64,000 nucleotides of DNA, from contig DAHVNA010000005.1 in NCBI GenBank assembly GCA_027319565.1, positions 548 through 64,547 on the forward strand, given 5' to 3'. The notes under the pieces were generated by a model, which searched no databases, was not told the DNA's origin, and saw nothing but the letters and a program-made list of their open reading frames with translations. The DNA comes from Elusimicrobiota bacterium (lineage in GTDB: Bacteria > Elusimicrobiota > Elusimicrobia > UBA1565 > UBA9628). This document shows, in pieces, positions 57,398-64,000 of the stretch. Numbering within the stretch: the first letter of the stretch is position 1; each line of letters begins with the position of its first letter. The position numbers were made by a program, and so were the translations under genes.

Positions 57398-59203
57398 ATG
57401 ATCGCCTCTTATATTATTGAAGTCGCCGCCAGCATCGCGTTTTTATCCGTTTTGATGCTCCTCATCGGCCCGGGAAAGCGCGGGAGCCTCAAGGCTCGGA
57501 TTTGGCTTTTTTTCCAGCGCAATTGGCTGTGGTTTGCGATCGTCGCGGGAGTGATTATCTCCATTGTCATTCCGATTTGGTATATGGCCGGGATGGAAGA
57601 AAGCGTTCGCAAATACATCATTGGAATTAATATCGCTTCCCTGCCGTGGGGAATCATCCAAACCTTGGTCTTTGTCGGATTTCTCTATTTACTCCAATAT
57701 GGCGGCGGATTCGCCCAATTCAGGAAATCTCGGGTCAAAGAGGGCCATGTCAATGTCAGGTTTTCAGACGTCATCGGTCTCAATGAGGCCAAGAAAGACG
57801 CCTGGGAAATGGTCCAACTCATAAAAGACCGCGCGGCCTTAAAAAAAGTCGGCGGGAAAATTCTTCATGGGATGCTCATGGTCGGACCGCCGGGATGCGG
57901 GAAAACTCTTCTCGCAAAAGCCATCGCCACCGAAGCTGGCGTTCCTTTCTTATCGGCCTCGGGCTCGGAATTTGTCGAGGTCTTTGTAGGGGTCGGAGCC
58001 GCGCGCGTCAGAAAGCTTTTCAAACAAGCCCGGCAATTTTCAAAAGCCTACGGGGCTTGCATCATCTTTATCGATGAATTGGAGGTTCTGGGGCGTTCTC
58101 GTGTTTATTTTGACGCCTTTGGCGGAAACCAGGAAGGCAATCAAACCCTCAATCAGCTTTTAGTTGAAATGGACGGTCTCAATGACGATGGAAGTCCGAT
58201 TGTCGTCATCGGAGCCATGAACGCCCAAGAAGAAGTCTTGGACGCCGCTCTATTGCGCCCCGGACGGTTTGACCGCACGATAGCCATCGGACGCCCGAAT
58301 CTCCAGGAACGCACCGAGATTTTTGATTACTACGCGAAAAAAATTAATCTTGATCCCAATATTGATATCGCGCGTTTGGCGAGAAAAGCGGTTTATAAAA
58401 CTCCGGCGGAAATAGAAAATATCCTTAAGGAATCGGCCCTGATTGCGACTCGCGATCGCCGGGAAGTGATCACTTACAAAGATATTTCCTCCGCTATTGA
58501 AAGAATCGAACTCGGAGTCGCTCATCGCCTCAATATGACGCCCCACGAAAGGGAAATGACCGCGTTTCACGAAGCGGGACACCTTCTGATCCTCTATTTG
58601 ACGCACCCCACTAATGACGTCTTTAAAGCGTCCATTATCCAGCGCGGAGGAATCTTGGGAGTCGTCCATTCCATTCCCAGAGAAGAGCTCTTTAGCTCTG
58701 ACATGAATACGCTCAAAGCCCATATCAAGGTCGCCTTGGGCGGGTACATGGCGGAAAAACTCAGGTTCGGCGTCACGACCGACGGCGTGGCCTCCGATTT
58801 CGCAAACGCGACGACCATCGCCCACAACATGGTTTGGAGATATGGGATGGGCGAAAAGGGATTTGTCGGAGATTACACCCGCATCCCGAAAGAACAGCTT
58901 TCCGAGGCGCTCAAAGAACGCCTTAACGCCGCCACCCAAAGACTTCTCCAACAATCAACGGAAGAAGTCGAGATGACGTTAAAAACCGAATCGGTGATTC
59001 TGGAGCGTTTCGCGCAGGAGCTTCTCAAGCGCGACGAACTCGATTACGATGAAATCGTGGCCATTTTCCAGGAATACGGAAAGCCACCCAAGTCTCTTCC
59101 CTCTAATTCCGAGGTCTCACAGCCCAAAACAGAGCCGGTGCTTCCCGTCATCGCCACTCATGAGACCCCAAGTCCTAATGAATCTTTAAAGCCGTTAGAA
59201 TAA
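57398..59203 (+). CDS. FtsH-like ATP-dependent zinc metalloprotease paralog (polytopic N-terminus, no periplasmic domain, Pro-rich C-terminal tail)
   Basis: 3-4 N-terminal TM helices. AAA module with variant Walker A GPPGCGKT, pore loop FVGVG, Walker B IFIDELE, SRH. M41 HEXXH FHEAGHLL. 601 aa. Confidence 0.8.
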   Translation: MIASYIIEVAASIAFLSVLMLLIGPGKRGSLKARIWLFFQRNWLWFAIVAGVIISIVIPIWYMAGMEESVRKYIIGINIASLPWGIIQTLVFVGFLYLLQYGGGFAQFRKSRVKEGHVNVRFSDVIGLNEAKKDAWEMVQLIKDRAALKKVGGKILHGMLMVGPPGCGKTLLAKAIATEAGVPFLSASGSEFVEVFVGVGAARVRKLFKQARQFSKAYGACIIFIDELEVLGRSRVYFDAFGGNQEGNQTLNQLLVEMDGLNDDGSPIVVIGAMNAQEEVLDAALLRPGRFDRTIAIGRPNLQERTEIFDYYAKKINLDPNIDIARLARKAVYKTPAEIENILKESALIATRDRREVITYKDISSAIERIELGVAHRLNMTPHEREMTAFHEAGHLLILYLTHPTNDVFKASIIQRGGILGVVHSIPREELFSSDMNTLKAHIKVALGGYMAEKLRFGVTTDGVASDFANATTIAHNMVWRYGMGEKGFVGDYTRIPKEQLSEALKERLNAATQRLLQQSTEEVEMTLKTESVILERFAQELLKRDELDYDEIVAIFQEYGKPPKSLPSNSEVSQPKTEPVLPVIATHETPSPNESLKPLE

Positions 59204-59786
59204 ACTGAACTCCGATCGCGGCCAGCATAAGACCCATTAAGCGCGTAATGATATTGAGGATCGTCGGCCCCAGACGTTTGGCTCCGGAACCCGAAAAAGT
59301 CAAAATCAAATAAGACAAGGCGGCAACCGCGGCTATGGTCAAATAGAGAATTCCGCGGGTGACCCAGCCGTGCGCGCGGTCAGACAAGACAATCGCGGTC
59401 GTAATCGCTCCCGGGCCGGCCAACATGGGAACGGCCAAGGGGGTAATGGCGATGTCTTCTTTCGCCATTCCCTCGCGGGTTTCTTCTTCGGTTTCTTGCA
59501 AGGGAGAGCGCTTGGCGCGAAGCATGTCCAGAGCGGAAAGAAGGACGATCAAGCCGCCCGCGACCTGAAAAGCGGGCAAGGTAACTCCAAAGAGGCTAAA
59601 AATTTGACTTCCTAAAAGAGCGAAGGCCGTTAAAATCAGCCAACAAACAATACAGGCCGTTTTAGCGGTGTGTCGGCGATCACGAGAATCTAACTTTTCC
59701 GTCATCGCCAAAAACGCCGGAATCGCGGCGAAAGGATCGACAATCGCAAATAGCGATCCGAAAGTTAAAAGAAAATATCCAAGCAT
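59175..59786 (-). CDS. MarC-family (UPF0056) integral membrane protein
   Basis: MLGYFLLTFGSLFAIVDPFAAIPAFLAMT N-terminus and six TM segments typical of the MarC family. 203 aa. Confidence 0.8.
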   Translation of the reverse strand: MLGYFLLTFGSLFAIVDPFAAIPAFLAMTEKLDSRDRRHTAKTACIVCWLILTAFALLGSQIFSLFGVTLPAFQVAGGLIVLLSALDMLRAKRSPLQETEEETREGMAKEDIAITPLAVPMLAGPGAITTAIVLSDRAHGWVTRGILYLTIAAVAALSYLILTFSGSGAKRLGPTILNIITRLMGLMLAAIGVQFILTALKIH

Positions 59787-59798
59787 TTCACGATTGTA

Positions 59799-61337
59799 TC
59801 AAAACGCCATGACAATTGAGGTTCCCGTCAGATAGACATTGTCCAAACGGTAGCCGGGGATACTCGCATAGGTATAAGCGCTGGTCGCGATGCCGTGCAA
59901 ATTCCAATAAGAGTATTCGAGCTTAAACCAAAAATGATCGCTGATCTGCCAATCAATCGCGGCGGTATATTTATCCATGACGGAAGTCGCATAACCGTTT
60001 GCGGGATTAATCGCGGTCACCGAGGGATATAAGGTGTCGTTGAGCGTCTGGTTATCCAAGAGGTCTTCCACCGGGCCTCTTCGATACATCTGGTTATAGA
60101 CAAGAACGCCCATGACGTCTTTCCCAAATTTAGGATGGCGAATCAGAGGAGCCGAGGCCTGGACGAAATAACCGTAATTTTCCTCGGCACTTTCTCCCAA
60201 TAGAGAAGTGCAGCCATTGGCCGTCCCCGCAGACGGACACGGAGAACCGGAGGCCTGAAGATAATTCCCATTGGCCTCCAGCGGAGCCATAAACTGGGTA
60301 TAGCTGTAAATGCCTTGCCCGGAAAAATTAAGCCCGAGATAATCGAAACTCCAGTCCACTGAGTAAATTTGATAATTTAAATTTCCTTCCAGATTGTATT
60401 GCCCCTCCATCCCCGACAAATCCATCGTCACGCCCTTGAGATTGGAAGCCCCTTCCGGGAAAGGCCAGGGGAAACGCAAATCTCCCAAGGCCCAGACCAA
60501 ACGCGCGCCAACCGATTTTTGATTATTGTTATCGGCCAAATTATTATCCTGATGGCCAAAATCGATATTAGTCCCATTGCCGGGAATGGGAGGAACTCCA
60601 AGATTTCCGGTATTTGGAAAAGTGCGCAGGCGATTATTAGATTCTCCCAAGCCGTTGACCACGTACAAAGTAATCTCATCTGGAATCAGAGGGTTTTTAA
60701 TAGGAGGATAGAAACTCGTCCGCGCCCCGATATCGGTGTATCCAAGACTGACCGGAGGAGTCGGGGAATTGGCGCGCACGACAAAGCCGGGGTTTTCGGG
60801 GGAAACCATGGACAGCGGCTGCGTGATGGTCAGATACTGTTCCGGACGATAAAGCTCGTTATAACGTCCAAAGGGAACGATGAATTTTCCCAGCTGAAAA
60901 TCCCAGTTTTGAATCTTTTGATAGCTGAAATTGAGCTGATTGAGCTGAATCGAGCCTTGTCCCGTCGTCGGCATATGCCATTCGGCCACGATGGGAACGC
61001 TGTCGACAATCGGCCCATTAAAACCCGCGTACATTCCCCCCATGTAGACATCGTCTTGAACCTGCGTTTCATAACCGGGATAACGGGGACCGATATTAAT
61101 CCAATTGAGGGCCATGCTTCCCGTGGGGCGCAAACGCGAAAAATGCGCAAGAAAACTATCGGCCATGTCCCAGTTGGAACCCGAGGCCGGTCCCGTTGAG
61201 AGGTCCGCTGAAAAACCGCTCGCTTGAGCCTTTAATGCGAGGCCAAAAATCAATAAAAAAGCGCAAAGAGTTGTTTCTTGACAGCGGAAGCGAAAAGAGT
61301 TACCATGAAAGCGTCGCATCGGTTTAAATCTTATCAA
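59799..61337 (-). CDS. Putative outer-membrane beta-barrel protein
   Basis: Signal peptide (LCAFLLIFGLALKAQA). Alternating amphipathic beta-strand-like pattern rich in Gly/Tyr/Asn. C-terminal aromatic Phe (…SIVMAF), the OMP beta-signal. 512 aa. Confidence 0.6.
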   Translation of the reverse strand: MIRFKPMRRFHGNSFRFRCQETTLCAFLLIFGLALKAQASGFSADLSTGPASGSNWDMADSFLAHFSRLRPTGSMALNWINIGPRYPGYETQVQDDVYMGGMYAGFNGPIVDSVPIVAEWHMPTTGQGSIQLNQLNFSYQKIQNWDFQLGKFIVPFGRYNELYRPEQYLTITQPLSMVSPENPGFVVRANSPTPPVSLGYTDIGARTSFYPPIKNPLIPDEITLYVVNGLGESNNRLRTFPNTGNLGVPPIPGNGTNIDFGHQDNNLADNNNQKSVGARLVWALGDLRFPWPFPEGASNLKGVTMDLSGMEGQYNLEGNLNYQIYSVDWSFDYLGLNFSGQGIYSYTQFMAPLEANGNYLQASGSPCPSAGTANGCTSLLGESAEENYGYFVQASAPLIRHPKFGKDVMGVLVYNQMYRRGPVEDLLDNQTLNDTLYPSVTAINPANGYATSVMDKYTAAIDWQISDHFWFKLEYSYWNLHGIATSAYTYASIPGYRLDNVYLTGTSIVMAF

Positions 61338-61358
61338 ACAAACAGGGAGAAGAGTTCA

Positions 61359-61673
61359 ATGGCTCATGTCATCAACGAAGCCTGCTTAGGGGAAGTTTAC
61401 GCTTCATGCGTCGATGTCTGTCCGGTTGAGTGCATTCATCCGGGAGATTACAAGGGTCAGCCGTTCATGATCATTGATCCAGAGGTCTGCATTGACTGCG
61501 GAGTCTGCCTCCCGGAATGCCCCATCGGCGCGATTGTCGGTTCAGTGGATGAGTCTCCCGAATGGGCCAAGGTTAACGCGGAACTGGCTCCCACGTTTAA
61601 AAATAATCCGAAAACGACGCCGCGGCCGGCCAACGATCCGCCCAGGAAAGCCACTAATAAGCTGGTCAAATAG
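61359..61673 (+). CDS. 4Fe-4S ferredoxin
   Basis: Start at internal Met (MAHVINEACLGEVYASCVDVCPVEC...CIDCGVCLPECP). Two Cys clusters incl. CxxCxxCxxxCP. 104 aa. Confidence 0.75.
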   Translation: MAHVINEACLGEVYASCVDVCPVECIHPGDYKGQPFMIIDPEVCIDCGVCLPECPIGAIVGSVDESPEWAKVNAELAPTFKNNPKTTPRPANDPPRKATNKLVK

Positions 61674-61676
61674 TTT

Positions 61677-63665
61677 TTGATTGATCTCTATAAAAAGGCT
61701 AGCCGGCTGTTGGGGCTCGGCGTTTTTTTGTTTTTTTCCGCGCCGCGAGCCCAGGCTATGAGTTACACCTATCTGTGCCGGGCCCCGCTAGACTGGAAAG
61801 GAGCCGTTCTCTCGGGCCTTCAAGCCATTCCCTTTGAAGACGGGCTTTTTAAAACCAGCGCGAGTTCTTCTGTTTTTTTGTCCCGGGTTATCTCATCTCC
61901 GATTCCCTTTGATCAGTTGGTAGGATCTTGGAACGCGGAAGTGCCCATTCACAATTCTCTGCGGATGGAGGCGCGCGTTCAAATAGACAATCACTGGACG
62001 CCTTGGTTTATTCTTGGAACCCAAAAAGGATCCCTTTTCTTCTCGCATAAAAGCGAAAAGAAATCTTCTATCGCCTTTGTCGATATCGACACGCTGAAAC
62101 TCAAAAAAAGCGCTCGCATTTTTCAATACCGCGTTTTATTTTCGTCTCCTAAAAAACCGACAATTCTAAAACTTCTCGCGATTAACGTCTCAAACCCGGA
62201 AGGATACCGCAAAAAACCGCTTCCATTTAAGCCCGGCCCCTGGGTTCGGGAGCTTAAGGTTCAAGCCCGCTCTCAAATGCAGGAAGAAAAAAAATATCGG
62301 CGCAATGTTTGCAGCCCCACTTCCCTGGGAATGGCGCTTGACTATTGGAAAATTCGCATTAAAACGGCGAAAATCGCCGAAGCAGTGCGGGATCAAACAA
62401 CGCTTAATTTTGGAGACTGGACGTTTAACACCGCTTTTGCCGGCTCCTGGGGGCTTCTGTCTTATGTTTCACGCTTTAACGACTTAAGAGAAGTCGAGGA
62501 AGAAATCGCAAAAGGACGGCCCGTCATCGCCAGCGTTTCTTTTAAGACCGGAGAAATGCCCCGCGCCCCCATTCAAAAAACGGCAGGACACCTGCTTGTC
62601 ATCATAGGATTTACAAAAACGGGAGACGTCATCGTCAATGATCCCGCCGCGCCTAACGTCTCTTCAGTCAGACGGGTCTATCCCAGGGCTTCTTTTGATA
62701 AGGCCTGGAGAATCAACAAAAGAGGCCTGGTTTATCTCCTGAGTCCCCTTCAAGGCCTCTCGGCCATCATCGGCGTTCCCGTTTCAAACCTGATGTCAAA
62801 ACCCGTTCCCAAAATAAAAGTAAAGCTCGACGATCCTTTGCACTTATCTCAGCTTCTTTACGGCGAGAAAATAACCATTTTAGAAGCCAAAGGCCAATGG
62901 GTTAAAATCGCGGCTGATGAACAAATGGATTTTCGGCAAGGACATTGGCAAGGCTATCATGGGTGGATTCAAGCAAAAGACATTTCCTTTGCCTTTAATC
63001 CGGCGCCGAATTCCGTCGTTAGAATCAGACAAGCCATTTTGCACCGCGGCCAAGAATTTCTCAACCTATCAGTTGGCACCAGGCTTAAGAAACTTGGGAA
63101 CAACGGCAGCCTTTCCATTGTTCAACTTCCGGACGGCACAACCGCCGAGATTGATTCCAGCGCTCTTTATCCTTCTCAAAACGCAATCGACGCCCAAAGC
63201 CGAGCGGAAATTATTCGAACGGCCGAGCTTTTTCTTGGAACCAGCTATTACTGGGGCGGCAGGTCCGGAGTTCAACCCGATCTCTCCATCGGGGTCGATT
63301 GCTCGGGACTGGTTAACCTCGCCTACCGGGTCATTGGAATCGATATCCCCAGGGATTCTTTCGCGCAAAAGCTCAAAAGTCTTCCCATGAAAAACACGGA
63401 TCTCAAAATAGGCGATCTTATTTTCTTAACCGATCCTAAAAACAAGAAACGCATCAGCCATGTCATGATTTACACGGGCGGAGATGGATTTATCGAAAGC
63501 CGAAAATCATCCGGACAGGTTATGCGTTCCTCGTTTAAAGAGAGATTCGGTCTTCCCTTAAGCGAAATCGCCTCAGGTTCCGAAGTCAAGGATTACTCCT
63601 ACCCCAAGCCCAAGAAAAGATTTATTTATTTTGGCTCTTATTTTGAACAACCTCATCTAAATTAA
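61677..63665 (+). CDS. Secreted multidomain cell-wall hydrolase: C39-like/BtrH-like cysteine peptidase domain plus C-terminal NlpC/P60 endopeptidase domain
   Basis: Signal peptide. CSPTSLGMALDYW (papain-like Cys in the C39-like domain). C-terminal NlpC/P60 catalytic Cys DCSGLVNLAYRVIGI and His HVMIYTGGDGFIES. 662 aa. Confidence 0.75.
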   Translation: MIDLYKKASRLLGLGVFLFFSAPRAQAMSYTYLCRAPLDWKGAVLSGLQAIPFEDGLFKTSASSSVFLSRVISSPIPFDQLVGSWNAEVPIHNSLRMEARVQIDNHWTPWFILGTQKGSLFFSHKSEKKSSIAFVDIDTLKLKKSARIFQYRVLFSSPKKPTILKLLAINVSNPEGYRKKPLPFKPGPWVRELKVQARSQMQEEKKYRRNVCSPTSLGMALDYWKIRIKTAKIAEAVRDQTTLNFGDWTFNTAFAGSWGLLSYVSRFNDLREVEEEIAKGRPVIASVSFKTGEMPRAPIQKTAGHLLVIIGFTKTGDVIVNDPAAPNVSSVRRVYPRASFDKAWRINKRGLVYLLSPLQGLSAIIGVPVSNLMSKPVPKIKVKLDDPLHLSQLLYGEKITILEAKGQWVKIAADEQMDFRQGHWQGYHGWIQAKDISFAFNPAPNSVVRIRQAILHRGQEFLNLSVGTRLKKLGNNGSLSIVQLPDGTTAEIDSSALYPSQNAIDAQSRAEIIRTAELFLGTSYYWGGRSGVQPDLSIGVDCSGLVNLAYRVIGIDIPRDSFAQKLKSLPMKNTDLKIGDLIFLTDPKNKKRISHVMIYTGGDGFIESRKSSGQVMRSSFKERFGLPLSEIASGSEVKDYSYPKPKKRFIYFGSYFEQPHLN

Positions 63666-63987
63666 TTCCAAGCAGCGGCCACCTGGAATTTTCATACCGG
63701 GCAAAATATTCCAAGGCTGGAACGTCTTTAACGACGCTGTTAAAAGCCGCGTGGCGAATATAGGTCTGCCCCCCCTTCTGGATGATAAACACTTGATGGG
63801 AAATTAAAACCGGCTTATCCGAGCGGTCGGCGCGGACAAGATTGGCGATAGTTCCGGACGGAATTTCCGCCAAGCGATCCTCAAAATCGCGGATTGGCAG
63901 ATAGGGAATTTGAGCTTCCTCATCCGGCATCGATTCTCCGATCTCGCGCAAATTGTGAAGTAAATTCTCTTTCTCCTGAGGCGACAT
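63622..63987 (-). CDS. Hypothetical protein (overlaps 3' end of the hydrolase gene on the opposite strand)
   Basis: 121-aa ORF near the window edge with no motifs. Start may lie beyond 63987. Confidence 0.35.
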   Translation of the reverse strand: MSPQEKENLLHNLREIGESMPDEEAQIPYLPIRDFEDRLAEIPSGTIANLVRADRSDKPVLISHQVFIIQKGGQTYIRHAAFNSVVKDVPALEYFARYENSRWPLLGINLDEVVQNKSQNK

Positions 63988-64000
63988 CTTTGGAAAGCCT

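Noticed and set aside
58250-58954. 234-aa minus-strand ORF antisense to the FtsH paralog
   Set aside because: Lies opposite the conserved M41/AAA coding region. Shadow ORF.
60399-61199. 266-aa plus-strand ORF antisense to the outer-membrane protein gene
   Set aside because: Shadow ORF within a gene that has a signal peptide and a C-terminal Phe beta-signal.

Overview
64 kb chromosomal segment of a bacterium, densely coding on both strands, about 50% GC overall. It looks like an uncultivated or deep-branching lineage, because many genes are fused or overlapping and GTG/TTG starts are common. I found no rRNA, tRNA, CRISPR array or transposase.

Core housekeeping blocks:
- Minus strand, 995..11680: tail of the dcw cluster (murB-ftsQ-ftsA-ftsZ), followed directly by pilT, a deoxynucleoside kinase, pgeF (yfiH), hisC, cmk, rpsA and a TPR protein.
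- Minus strand, 22951..26637: the rpsU-dnaG-rpoD macromolecular-synthesis operon.
- Plus strand: murQ, pcrA/uvrD, gatC-gatA ... gatB, gcvT-gcvH-gcvP (single-chain P protein) with a lipB-like gene, rplU-rpmA-obg, hpnC-hpnD-hpnE (squalene synthesis), dcd, ndk.

Non-routine content:
1. A well-formed fluoride riboswitch (aptamer, pseudoknot and terminator that also hides the ribosome-binding site) upstream of crcB-DUF190-HIT.
2. A low-GC restriction-modification cassette (Dam-like alpha-class N6-adenine DNA methyltransferase plus a putative cognate endonuclease) inserted into the gatCAB operon between gatA and a NUDIX-gatB pair. An 11-bp tandem duplication sits at its 3' junction.
3. A 1007-aa FtsH-type protease with a fully duplicated AAA+ module (signal peptide, periplasmic region, TM, AAA, AAA, M41). 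A second non-canonical FtsH paralog follows the Tad-like genes (finding 4).
4. A striking array of about 10 tandem 10-bp repeats (consensus aCGGaAAGnA) followed by about 6 inverted copies. It lies in the gap between two TadE/TadG-like pseudopilin genes and next to a block of uncharacterised secreted and membrane proteins.
5. A candidate three-way-junction structured RNA upstream of dcd.

The window also holds a type IV pilin with an intrinsic terminator, several secreted alpha/beta hydrolases, two NUDIX hydrolases, MarC, an outer-membrane beta-barrel, a ferredoxin and a multidomain NlpC/P60 cell-wall hydrolase.
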